64,000 nucleotides of DNA from the human T2T-CHM13v2.0 reference genome, Homo sapiens, in NCBI RefSeq assembly GCF_009914755.1, contig NC_060935.1. One strand, given 5' to 3'. The notes under the pieces were generated by a model. It saw only the letters and a program-made list of their open reading frames with translations. It did not search any database and was not told the origin of the DNA. Positions 1 to 13,482 of this stretch are shown here, piece after piece. The translations under genes were made by a program, and so were the position numbers. Within the stretch, counting starts at the first letter, position 1, and each line of letters starts with the position of its first letter.

Positions 1-394
1 CAGTCGCAGGGACTGACCCACGAATGTCCTGTTGTTGAAAATCCCATAATGAAGAAGAGAATATGACTTCACCAGTCTCCTTCCTGCCCCTAGAAGGGTT
101 TCCATCATTTCATTAAAAGAGAAAAAACCCACCACGTACTGCTCAATATGGTGACTGGCTCCTGAACAGTCAAGATGTTATTTTCAAACACATTCTTTCC
201 TTGCTTTTCCATCCCCATGGGGCCCTGCTCTAATTCCTGGCCTTCTGAAACCCCGTGGCTGCAGCTTCCATCTTACTGAGCAGATTTTCAAACAAAGTCC
301 CCTTGCTGTGTGCACAGAACTGCCCTCCAGAGCTGCAGGCACGCCGGTCGGGGGGCTCAATGCTGAATTTATTTCCTACATCTTGGACACGTCG

Positions 395-450
395 TCGCTC
401 TCTCTCCTCCCTCCCTCCCTCCCTCCAGTCCCCTCTCCCCGCCTCCCCTT
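395..450. promoter_or_regulatory. Pyrimidine-rich (CCCT)n/GC-box tract in a locally CpG-containing segment; candidate promoter/enhancer element
   Basis: ctctctcctccctccctccctccctccagtcccctctccccgcctcccc with a CCCCGCC GC-box; several CpGs at 340-400; no recognisable repeat. Confidence 0.3.
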
Positions 451-964
451 CATCCTAAATCCTGCAGCCATGACAGAAATAAATTAGCTAGAGGTACAGG
501 TCACACCTTGGAGAGCAGTAAACGTTCCGTGGGAAATCAATAGAGAAGATGGGATTCTCAAACAGCTGAAGCAGAAGGAATGATGCATTGATGGCTATAC
601 ATAAACCAAACAAAGGAGTCTCAGCACAGCCTTCCCGGAAGGGACTCGCGCACTGGGCTTCATTTATTCTAACACCTGAACCTGAGACAGCACCGCAGAA
701 AAAGACGCTCCGCAGATACCTGGGCTTTTTTCCTCAGGAAGGCTCAATGTTGCTGGGCGAGTGTTGGTGAAAATGAAAAATTATGTTCAGATCGTGGATG
801 TTAAAGCCAGAGCCCCCAGGAAACCCCTGGAGAACCGTAAGCTGAGTGTGTGAGACACACATCTGTTCCAGGAAGACCTCCTCATCCACGGCTGCTGACA
901 GCAAAAGCCAGAGAGGGATTGGCTGGATAGTTACCTGAAGAGGTGTAATTCCTAAAGTCATTTA

Positions 965-1168
965 GTGTGATGTGTCGGAAACGCCTAGGCTTTAGGCTCT
1001 GGCAGACCTGGGTTCCAGTCCTGGCTTCACCACTAGGTAGCAAAAATGGGAAAGCTGCATTTATAAAGTGGCAATAGGAGGTCTACCTTAGAGGCAATTG
1101 TGCGGATTAAATGAATAACACACATAAACACCTAGTACAAAATAGGCACTCAATAAATGCTAGTTGCT
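965..1168 (+). mobile_element. MIR SINE
   Basis: cagacctgggttccagtcctggcttcaccact...ttgtgcggattaaatga...gcactcaataaatgctagtt resembles the MIR consensus. Confidence 0.75.
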
Positions 1169-1685
1169 TTCCCTTCCATCCCCCTGCCTGATAGTAAGCG
1201 GCTTCGTCATGTCTCTGGAGTTCTACAACTTCTCCCCACAGAGTTTTCACAATGGCAGGCCCTCATAAAATTTTTCTCTGATGGCAAAAGCAATGTCTAG
1301 CAAAAACAGGTGCTCAGCAGGACTTTCGGTGCCCTACAGTCTCGATCAGCTGCCAAATGCCACCCCAAATAAGCCACCTAAGTTAAAGCAGTGTGCCTGC
1401 TATGCAAATGCAGGGATGGAATACAATCCTGCCCCTGAGCACCTCCTATCTAGAAATCCTGAAATTTCCATTGCTATATACCAAGAGCCGATTTTTCTCC
1501 TGTCTTCCCTTGCTCTTTTTTTTCTCCTGAAAACTGCATTTTTAATATCTTTTCCTCCTCAGTTTGAGCCTGATTTCTTCCTCACACACAGCTGAATTTC
1601 AGTAATAAAACAAATAGTTACAGTGAGAAGCCATTATAAATTATCTAGAAAATAAACATTTAAATAATCTCCATCCTAAAATGTT

Positions 1686-2400
1686 TAATTGTGGCAAAAT
1701 GTAGAGAGCATGAAGTTGACCAGCTTCACCATTTTTACGTGTATGCTCAGTGACATTAAGTACATTCATATTGTTGTGTTAACATCACCGTTATCCATCT
1801 CCAGAACGTTTTCACCTTCCTCATGTACAGCGCTGTACGTGCTAATCATAACTCCCCATTCACCCCTTTTCACAGCCCCTGGAACCCGCCATTCTACTTT
1901 CTGTTGCTATAATTTTACTACTCTAGGAACCTCCTGTAAGTGGAATCATATGATATTTGTCCTTTTAGTCCTGTCTTATTTCACTTACCGTAATGACCTC
2001 AAGTTTCTTCCATGTCGTAGCATGTGTCAGGATTCCTTCCTTTTTAACACCGAATAATTTTCCATTGTATGGATATACCACATTTTGTTTATCCATACCT
2101 CCTTTGATGGGCACTTGGGTTGTCTCCACCTTGTGGCTATTGTGAACAATGCTGTTATGAATATGGGTGTGCAACTATCCCTTCAAGACCCTGCTTTCAG
2201 TTCCCTGGGGATATACCCAGGAGTGGAAGTGCTCGGTCAAATGGTAATTTTATTTGTTAATTTTTGAGGAGCCATCATACTGTTCTCTATAGCAGCTGCA
2301 CCATTTTACATTCCCACCAACAGTGCACGAAGGTTCCAACTTCTCCACATCCTTGTCAGCACTTGTTATTTTCTGTTTTTTTTGAAAGTAACCATTCTGA
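1686..2400 (-). mobile_element. L1M (L1MB-like) 3' end, 5'-truncated
   Basis: Antisense L1 ORF2 C-terminus/3'UTR (ttccattgtatggatataccacattttgtttatcc; ttacattcccaccaacagtgcac). Confidence 0.85.
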
Positions 2401-2708
2401 CATCTTTTCACGGTTCGTATCTTCTCTGGGAAAATGGGGGCTGTATATGTGTGGCAACCATTTGTTTGGTAGCCTGACTTGTTCATTCCTCCTTGCATAC
2501 AGGAAATTCTTAACGTCAACCAGATTCTGCTCTGGCTATAGCTTCTGTCTAATGTCTCTGTCTTTTCCAAGTCTTCTATCTTTCATTAATTCAGGAAATG
2601 TAAAGTTAAGTTGAACAATTCAAGAGTTTTCAGTACTCTGATATAAAGCAGTTTGCCTAGCCCAGTTACTCATGCTACCCTCAATCTCAGTAAATGAAGG
2701 AGAAAGCC

Positions 2709-2977
2709 TTTTGGTTTTGTTTTGTCATCTAGGCTGGAGTGCAGTGGTACAATCTCAGCTCACTGCAATCTCTGCCTCCCACTTCTCCTGCCTCAGCCAC
2801 CGGAGTAGCTGGGACTACAGGCGGGCACCACCACACCTGGCTAATTTTTGTATTTTTAGTAGAGATGGGGTTTTGCCATGTTGGCCAGGCTCGTCTCAAA
2901 CTCCTGACCTCAGGTGATCTGCTTGCCTCTGCCTCCCAAGGTTCTGGGATTACAGGCGTGAGCCACTGCACCCGGAC
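2709..2977 (-). mobile_element. AluS (Sx-like) with small internal deletions
   Basis: Antisense Alu body; TSD gaaagcctttt at 2702-2712 and 2980-2990. Confidence 0.95.
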
Positions 2978-3104
2978 AGGAAAGCCTTTTCAGAACAGAA
3001 AAGGTAAAAGCACTAGAACCTACTAGAAAACACTGAGATAGCTTGGAGAATAAAAGTAACAGCTCTCATATAGCAGGCTAAATTTTAAAACATCGTTTAA
3101 TTTT

Positions 3105-3230
3105 TTTTACTTCATTAATTTTATTTTATTGTATGTGAGAACACTTAACATGAGGTCTACCCTCTTAACAAATTTTTCATGTACAATACAGTATTGTTGA
3201 CTATAGGTACAATGTTGAATAGCAGATCTG
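3105..3230 (-). mobile_element. L1M 3'UTR terminal fragment
   Basis: gtgagaacacttaacatgaggtctaccctcttaacaaattt...gtacaatacagtattgttgactatagg, typical of an antisense L1MA/MB 3' end. Confidence 0.75.
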
Positions 3231-3249
3231 AGCATCTCACCTGAGAAAA

Positions 3250-3372
3250 TTCCCATTGACAATTTCAGATGTGGGAACTGAGGCACAGTGAAGTGAAATC
3301 ATTTATCCAAAGTCAGACAGCAAGTAAATTCCAGGGTCAGGACCCAAAACCCAGTCATATCACTCCAAATCC
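3250..3372 (-). mobile_element. MIR fragment
   Basis: ttcagatgtgggaactgaggcacag...atccaaagtcagacagcaagtaa, antisense MIR core. Confidence 0.7.
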
Positions 3373-3735
3373 CTTTTTTTTTTCACCATACAATACGACC
3401 TAAAGATTACTAAGCTCTTTACTTTTGAAACTGCCAAACTTTTAAGGACCTATTTGTAAAAGACAAACAAAAAAGAAATGTGGTTTGAGCTTGCTGTTGA
3501 AGAGGAATGGTTCCCTAAAGGCAGGCAGTACATAGACTTCACCAAGCACTAACTTCATGGGACGTGACTTGCTCAACTCTGGACAATACATGTTAATGGA
3601 CCCAGAATGAGGCAAGACATAGGCATCACCCATGAAAGGAATGTAGTCTATTGGACAACAGCAGTCCTTTCCACTTAGAATGTTTCTTGAAGGCCTTGTG
3701 TGACACATGACATCCTATGCTCAGCTGGTGAATCA

Positions 3736-4337
<602 letters not shown>

Positions 4338-4741
4338 AAGAATAGACACTTAGAATATTTAACCATCAACTGCTGTCCCTGAAGTTTGCCTCACATTTCT
4401 GCACCAACAGACTTGTTTTACTGGTCTGCATTTGAGTGCTCTGTGCACTTCTGTGTACCATTTATTCATTTAGACTGCACATGCTCTGAGGGAGTGGCCC
4501 CTCCTTCCATTTGGTCTTACAGCCCTGTGACTGTGCACTTACAGTTCCCGGTTCTCTACAGAGAACAGTCCATTACGGATCACTGATTTGCTCAGAAGCA
4601 GGCCCTTGAGATTCATCTCTCTAAAGGGATTTCTCTAACGTAATGATATGTGTAAGCCAGGAACTTCGGAGCCCAGACAGTGCACCTCAAGAGCCTGGTC
4701 AGCACTGGTCAGAAGACCCCCCATAAAACCCGAAATCTTGA

Positions 4742-5091
<350 letters not shown>

Positions 5092-5544
5092 TTTACTTCT
5101 TTTTTGACTCCCACTGAACCTTTGAGACTGTAATTGACTCCCTTCCCTTCAGAGAGACTCCTCACTTCCGAGCAGCCTGCTTAGCCGCATTGGAAAGTTA
5201 TGGAAGATAACTAGATTTGACTCAACAAATGTGCACTTATCTCAGACATATCTGCCTGGATAGCCTCCCTCTGGTCTCTCCGTGGACTAAGAGCAAGAAG
5301 AATAAGCGTTCTGCCTCAGTTAACTCTCTGTGCCATCTAGCACATTTTTGTATTTTCAATAAATATGCCTTAAGCACTATTCCTCTTGTGGTGTTAATTT
5401 ACCAACACAAGTGCCCTGAGGATCTGTGGGTTGAGCTAAGAGCTGACTGGGATTCACAGTAAGAATAGTTCATGCTTACCTTGGGTGATACAACACAAGC
5501 AACAAATAAGAGCATATGCCAATCAAAACATTTTCGGGTTTAGT

Positions 5545-5760
5545 CTGCTGTGTGAGGCACCGTGCTAAGTACTTTACATGAATCCTTTCATATAATCCTC
5601 ATAGCAACCCCTTGGTATCCCCATTCTACACATGATGAAAAAGAGATGCAGAGAAATTAGCAAAGCCCATGTGTATAGTCACCATACCATAGAACACACA
5701 CTTTGGGATTCTACGGATAGGATTTAAATTCAAGTCTCCAACTCCTTGAGTGTGACTAAC
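5545..5760 (-). mobile_element. MIR
   Basis: aggcaccgtgctaagtactttacatg...taatcctcatagcaaccc...ccccattctaca. Confidence 0.7.
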
Positions 5761-5929
5761 ATACCATCTCCAGCTGGAGTTTTCTCCTTCGTAGTGTGAC
5801 AATATCCAAAGTCCCTGGTGCTGCCACACTTTCCACCTTCATGAATCATGGAACTCCTCTTTTATATCCTATCTACCTCAGTAACCCAGGGATTCAGGAT
5901 GGTCTAGAATTTCAAATCCCCAGTTGGGC

Positions 5930-6095
5930 AACCTGAATTCCCATGTAGCCTCTATGCTGACCTTAGGCAGCAAGTCATTCAATCTTTCGGTTTCCTCATT
6001 TGTCAAAAGAAAATGACAACACTGGCCCAATTTATTTTAACAGGTAGTGTTGAAGATAAGATCAAAGGAAATATGTCAAAGTCTTCTGAAAAGCT
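5930..6095 (+). mobile_element. MIR fragment
   Basis: tgaccttaggcagcaagtcattcaatctttcggtttcctcatttgtcaaa. Confidence 0.6.
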
Positions 6096-6829
6096 TCAAA
6101 TACTTCTCAAATTATTACAGTAATGGATTCAGTTGGAGAACTTACTGCACAGAATGTCTTTGTCCAAAATCTTAAAATGAATGGGGAAACTGAGTTCAAG
6201 GTGCAGAAGTGGAACCCAGATTATTTCTATTCTTGTATAAGCAGAGGCTTGGACTGGAGCTCCAGGTATCTGTATGCTTGCTCCAGCCTAGGCGCTGCTT
6301 GGGGCAAATCACTGCACTTCACTACAAAATATGGATGTGATACCTACCTTCTCCCGAATCCTATGGGTAGGGTCTGAGCAGGAGACAAAAACACTCAGAA
6401 AACTTGAGACGAGAAAAACTCTAGAAAGTCAATTATATGCATTTTTTAATATGGTGTCAGATTTTTTTTCTCCCACTCATTTTCCCTTGTCTCAATCTAA
6501 ATTTTATCCAGATGTGAACATGAAGAGGCCTGTCTTTGTTCATTCTCTGCTTCTTTGGTTTTCCTTTGTGCCTCAAAAGGTTTTGGTGCTATGCTTCAAG
6601 ACACAGGTCATGAAGGGGAAACAGTTGGGGTGCTGTGGGGAGACTGCAGTATTAGGAACGAGGACTGAGGGTAAAGAGTTACAGCATGCTCCAGAATGTG
6701 CACCTCCTCTTTGCCAACGCAGAGACAAGGTGATGAAAAGATCCCTGGCTCCAGACAAATGCCCTCAGCCTTGCAAAGCCTTCCAAGAGGCAGCGTCCCA
6801 GAGTCCAGACTGCAAGTGACTTGCATGCG

Positions 6830-6866
6830 CACACACACACACACACACACACACGCTCACACACAC
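6830..6866 (+). repeat. (CA)n microsatellite, interrupted
   Basis: Seen directly. Confidence 0.95.
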
Positions 6867-7199
6867 TCTTCCATGGAAAACTGTGCTCTCGCATCCCAGA
6901 AAAGGTTTGTTGTTTCAATTAAACCTCATCAATGCCACATGTCAGAGAAGAAAGAAAAAAACAAAACAAGACTCAATTACTTCAGCTATCTCCTTAGGGA
7001 TTGATCTGTATCGAATAAACCACCATCTACACATGGGGAGAAGCTTTTACTTATGAAAAACAGAGGCAGGTGCAGAAGAGCAGCATTTGGTACTAAATCA
7101 AAGCTCTGGGAGCAGAAGGAAGTGGATTTAGACGCATCCACTTAGCTCCTCCTGATATCTAACTTGCAGGGTGGGGAACAGATCACAGCCTTGGCTGGG

Positions 7200-7400
7200 T
7201 CTGGCCTCTGCTTCCTGGTCCCCGCTGAGGTCCCGTCCCACTTTGCTCACTGCTTCAGCTGCCCGGTAAGAACAGATGGACAGAAGTTAAAAGAGCAAGG
7301 TCAGCTCATTGGCTAAGTCTCATTTCACACCCTGCCCCACCTCTATCATCCCTTTCTGGGACATAAAGATGAAGAAAGCAGGGCAGGGGTGTTGCTGCAT
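7200..7400 (-). promoter_or_regulatory. Candidate promoter-like motif cluster
   Basis: On the minus strand: CACCC box (7326-7332), CCAAT (attgg 7308-7312), AGGTCA half-site (7298-7303), TTTTAA (7287-7292), then E-boxes and a GC-richer segment; lies in repeat-free DNA. Confidence 0.3.
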
Positions 7401-8660
7401 TTGATTCTGGCTGAAACTATGGTCGTTTCATTTACATCCCCTGAATAGCTGGCGAGTCTGATTTACACATTGATAATATGTGATGCTTTGTATTCCAGCA
7501 AATATTTAATCCCTGACGGATCAATAATCCTCGCCTGGCTGTTCTTTTTTGAAAAGAAATAAATCCCCTTTTACTCTTAAAATTCTTGAATAAAATTAAA
7601 GTGCTTTAGCCTAGGATGCACTGCTCCTACATGAAGCCATGTGGTTTCATAACCTCAGTCCTCAGATGTTTTTAAAGGGGCCACCTTTGCTAACTTGATA
7701 TTTTCTGAGATCCTAACATCTCTCCAATGAGTCCTCTGTGTTATCAGTTGATATTATAAGACAGCCCTTTAAGGCCTGGTATACTTTTTTAAAATTAAAA
7801 AGTAAAATTATTAACCTAAACTGAATCAGTACGTACATAGCATGCAGTATTTTTTTGCATTTTTTGCTTATATTCACCATGGCAGTCTTGATTTAAATTC
7901 TTTATTACAAACCTTTCTATAAACCATTTCCCTCCAAAACTACATTTTTAAGAAAACTCTATTCCTACACAGATTCTTAAAAAGCTATACTCCCGTCTTA
8001 GAGTTAAATTTGAATATTTTGAAAAATGCACATTAAACGTGGAAAGAGATGGCTCTCCTCTCTATAAGGGGCTCCCAAGGCAGCCTCAAAGCTCACCAAA
8101 AGTTCCAAAACAACATCCACAACAAAACAAACTCTCTTTCATCTCTGGCAGCAACAAAAGCAATAACTTTCACCAAACCTACCCAAGCCAAGAATTAATA
8201 TAACACAGAACAACACATCCACATTCAGACCATTACGGCTACATCAGCTCACCACAATATTTGTTTAAAAAACACATAATTTGTGGTAGAGAGAAAGAAC
8301 CTTTCATACAAAAAGAAGTTCTTTCAAATGCAAATTAACCAAAAGACATATTTTCCCTGTGTTTGGGAAATCACTCCAATACATGAAAAACATAGTTTTT
8401 GTGTGGAAAAAAAAAATCAGTGTACACCCACTAATTGAAAAGGCAATTACATTAGCTGTAGATTACCTTAACAGTTAAGAAAAGTTAACTCCTGGCTCCA
8501 TAAGTCTTTAAGAACTTTATTAGCATTTACTGACCTAAGTAGTCTTCAGTTCCCAGGTAGCAAAGTTTCTTTTCTTCTCCACTGAAATGCTCATATGGAC
8601 ACTGAAGGACATTGTATTACTGAACTGATCGGAAAAGAATACTGTTTCCATTCTTCTGGA

Positions 8661-8805
8661 GGAAAAAAAAAATGGAAAGAAAGAAAAGAAAGATGGAAGG
8701 AAGGAAGGAAAGAAAGAAGAAAAAAAGAAAGAAGGAAAGAGAAAGAGGAAAGAAAGAAAAGAAAGGAAAGAAAGAAAGAGAGAGAGAGAGAAAGAAAGAA
8801 AGAAA

Positions 8806-8883
<78 letters not shown>

Positions 8884-8899
8884 AAGGGAGAAGGAAAAG
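8661..8899 (+). repeat. Compound GA-rich repeat with a perfect (AAAG)18 core
   Basis: Purine-only from 8695 to 8899; AAAG run 8805-8876. Confidence 0.95.
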
Positions 8900-10999
8900 C
8901 AAGGCAAAATGCAGTCTAATCGAGTATTCTTCCTGGTGGGGAAAAAAAAGTAAATCCACTATCCTGGAACGAGTTCAAACATAGCTTGACAGGCTCCAGG
9001 AGAATTTACACTGAGCATGCTTAGCCCCGCACTGCTTGCATGAGACACTCTTAATGAATATTACTTCCTTCCCACTGGCTATTCCTGCTGGAAGTCCACA
9101 CCCACCCCTCTTTCAGAAGTCAGGAATTTAGCTTCAGCCAAAGTCCAGAAAACATGCTTATGCGGAGACAAGGCCTCACCGATCCATAAACTTTCAGGTT
9201 GTGACCTGCCGGTCAGTTTGACAAATAGAACATAGGGGTGAATTTTTTTTCTGCCCTTGGTTATGTTGCCAGCTTTATGCCTGTCCTAAACTGCAGTTCC
9301 TCTGGAGAAAAGAAAAACAGACAGCTTTCTTTCTGAAGAACATGACGTCCTCAACACCACAGTAAAGACCTTTCCTGATCAAGCTTCCAAACTGAAATCA
9401 GAATAAGGGTCATCTGCATATTAAAACACAACACTCGATGATTTTTAGCTTCTGGATAAAACAAAAGTCCTACCCCAAATGTATGCTTTTTGATAACTTA
9501 CATAACACCTCTCTCAAAAATGCTGCATGCCAAAGCACTCTCTGAAAATATGTTCAAAATCCAGCTTTAACCTGCTATGTTGTCTAAACATTGGACTCGT
9601 ATACATTTAGGTCACACTAAAAACTGACTTTCTTTTTCAAACAATGCTTTCTCTTTCCCTAAATCCCTCTGTCATGTTTAATGACAGGAGACCTGAAATT
9701 CTGAAAATTTAAAAATAGATTACTTTTCTGACAGTCTGAGAAGGCAAGATTCTTGCTCTGCCAAAAAATCAGGGGATGGGGGAAAGGGGAGGATAAGCAG
9801 GTGAGGGCCTGATATAGACCGCATAGTAAAAGAAGGGCATTTTAGATTTTAAAATTAATAATAAGGTACTTTTTTGTTGTCCATTTGATATTTCTAGGGT
9901 GCCATTTATATGTATCAAATTACAAGTTATAAATATTATTAAATACTCATTTGAACTGTAATGCTTATTTGCCTAGACACACACACATACATGCACACAC
10001 AAAAACACACACCCCAATTTGTGGTTTGAAAAAAATGATGTCACAAAGCATCAAAAGGCAATAGAAATTTTCTAAGTCTCCAAGAAATATGGCGTGCCCA
10101 GTGTCTAATACAAAGCCTGCCTGGCCAGCATTGATTCTTTGGATTAATAAAGGATGCATCTATGAACCTGATACGTAAATCCGTTGCCTCTCCATGCCTG
10201 TAACACTTTACGCAGCCCACTGCTGAGCTGCCATGATATGTTCTCCCTATGGAAGATCTTTGTAGCATAAAATACGTCTTTGCCCACTATTCAATAAATA
10301 AAATCTCCGCAGACATATTTTCCTTGTGGTAACTATGAGCTTTTTGGAGACTTTAGGCATGGTGGTTGTTTTGTTTGTTTTTATGCTTTGCCTAAGGGAA
10401 GAATAAAATGTAGCCCCCTGCCCCAAGTGTGCTTATTTATATTACAAGAGCAAACTAAGTTTTCAGCAGTTAGACGAAGCCCAAGAGAAATCAGGCTTTG
10501 AAAGGCTAAGTAATCCTCGTGACCACACATAAGGTAAGTATAAAATAGGAAGGACATTTATTCATTTGACTCAAAGAGATTGCCTAGAGACAAGGTCCCG
10601 CAACACAGAGGACAGGGACCCTTCTCTGTAGACAGCTTACCTCCCTGCCATCGGGGTGCAGTTTCTTTTGTCTCCTTCCATGAGGATGACTCTCTCCCCT
10701 GAAGCTAAGGGGAGACACAGAAGCCTGTGTAGGAAACACAGGAGCCTGAGTAGAACCATGCTGTTTCCAGCTTGAATGTTAAAACCACTCTGTGTAAAGC
10801 TGAGATAGTCTTTACAGTGCCATCACACTCATTAATTCAATTAGCAAATATTCATTGAGCCCCTACACTGACATTCATTTGGGTGCTGGAAATTGGGACG
10901 TGACTAAGACAATGTTCCTGCACTCAGGGAGTTTACATTCTGGCAATTAGATGTTTAATGGAAAACATTAGATGTTTAATGGAAAAAATTCAAGATGTA

Positions 11000-11290
<291 letters not shown>

Positions 11291-11701
11291 TTCAAGATGT
11301 AAATAGTAAATACATTTACAAACTGTGATAAGTCTAAGAAAGAACTAAAAGGGAAATGATGAGAAAGAAACAAGCCATGTGTGTTGGGGGCTGAGGGACA
11401 GAGCATCAGGAAAATGGAATAAATATTTGGGAAAATCATTAGTAACCAATCCAATATAAGTTAAAATGAAAAAAATATGTGGCATGGCTGGATTAAAGCC
11501 TTGAATGCAACACTAATGCATTTGGATTTCATATGGTATATAATGGGAAGCTATTGAGGGCTTCTGAGAAGAATTATTTTACTAATTTGACTATGACTAT
11601 TCTTTATAGCAGTTTGTAGGATACACTGGGGATGAGCATGAAAAGACCAAAGCTTTTGGAAGAGCCAAGATTGGCAGAGGTGAGGAGAACACCTAATCTA
11701 G

Positions 11702-12109
<408 letters not shown>

Positions 12110-12739
12110 TGACAGGCTTTGACAACTAACTGGATGTGCAGATTAGGGTGAGAAGGCATTTAAGGGGAAGGCTAAGATTTCTGGTCTCAGTAGCTCTCAG
12201 TAGATCAGGAGCTCAGACATCTCTTCACTTACTTTATACCTGAACTCATGCAGCCGAAGATAGCTGGACCAAAATGTACAAGCACGTCAACTGTTCTCAC
12301 ATTACACTCTTGCTCACTAAACCTCACATGGGTTCTTAAGCAGATGGTGAGAATGGAGAATGATGGTCTCTTAAGCAGAAATGGAGAAATCTAGGGAAAG
12401 AAATATCTGGCACATGGTGAACTCAAATATTTACTGGATGTATGGAATATGGAGTTGAGGGTTAGGGGGATATCCATCCTACACTATTATTTTACTTGGG
12501 AATTTTATTTAGCTGTTAATAGGGACCTGATAATAGTCAAACACCTAAGGGTATATTTTTCTCTCATTTAAAAAAAAAAATCTGTGATTGAGAGTTCAAA
12601 ACATGACTACCTGGGACCCAAATCCTTCTATCTTTTTGGTTTCCCATTCTTAATGCAAGGTGTCCAGCTTCAGTTTTACGTTATGGTTCATTGTGGACTA
12701 TGCCTAATTTTGAGTAAATGCACAAACGTAACAGTCAAC

Positions 12740-13063
12740 TCTAGAAAATGGTTTGGTAGCCAAGGAACCAGGGGCTCAGACACCTCTTATATAAGAATCT
12801 GGGTCATACCACCAGATAAGCTACCTAGATAAGCAGAGGTGCTAGCCAAGAAAGAGGAGAATCTAGAATGGATAGTACATTGAGGTGGTACAAATGAGGA
12901 GTATCAATGGCAGCCTCTAGACCGGTCATAGAGGCAGGATTAGTCCCACTAACCTTCCTCATGTAATAAGACTTTCTAGGAAAAGAAACTTATCAGAATG
13001 CGGGAGGAGGTCTTCTTAGAAGGAGTAAGCTTAGTACACAAGCAAGCAGTGCAAATGGCGAAC
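12740..13063 (+). mobile_element. ERVL (HERV16-like) internal 3' fragment
   Basis: ggggctcagacacctc...tctgggtcataccaccagataagc...agcagaggtgctagc, homologous to the ERVL 3' region also present at 40160-40310. Confidence 0.6.
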
Positions 13064-13482
13064 TGTAGCAGATTCTGTGGTGTGCCATCTATTACCTTCC
13101 CTTCAGGACTAAGGCACTTACTACCGCACCTACTAGGAGTGTTAATTTCTGTCATCTCACAGCCAAGTCCCTCTTGAGGAATCACCCTCACTTCTTGGGA
13201 GCCTCTGTGACCACAGGAATTCCATGTCTAAGTGTCAAAAAGGGGCACAAATGCCAAGCCTCCTTACTCCAATTTGGGACAAATCAGAGGGTTGTTCCAG
13301 CTCCACAGCTCCCTGTAGGATTGCCTGAGACCTGTTACAACTGCACTTCTGTTTAACCCCTCCTCTGCTCATTCTTCCTGCCCTCCATCCCTTATAGATG
13401 TTGCTTCTGAAAACACTCCTCAGTAAACTCCTGCATACAAATCTCGATCTCACAGTATGTTGTCTGGAAACCCAATATAATC
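13064..13482 (+). mobile_element. LTR16-family LTR (ERVL)
   Basis: Starts tgtagcaga; contains ttcaggactaaggcact, ccagctccacagctccctgtaggattg and taaactcctgcatacaaatctc, as in LTR16 consensus. Confidence 0.75.

Noticed and set aside
1028-1045. CTCF-like ccactaggtagca
   Set aside because: Mismatch at a core G and located in a decayed MIR; unsupported
6331-6819. 162-aa plus-strand ORF in unique DNA
   Set aside because: No recognisable domain, composition or supported splice structure; consistent with chance
8591-8984. Four overlapping ORFs (K/E/R-rich and F/L/S-rich, up to 129 aa)
   Set aside because: Translations of the stop-free (AAAG)n tract, not genes
10460-10645. Strong splice-donor-like motifs (AAG|GTAAGT at about 10533 plus strand; GAG|GTAAGC at about 10640 minus strand)
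   Set aside because: Isolated motifs are expected by chance in 64 kb; no supported exon chain
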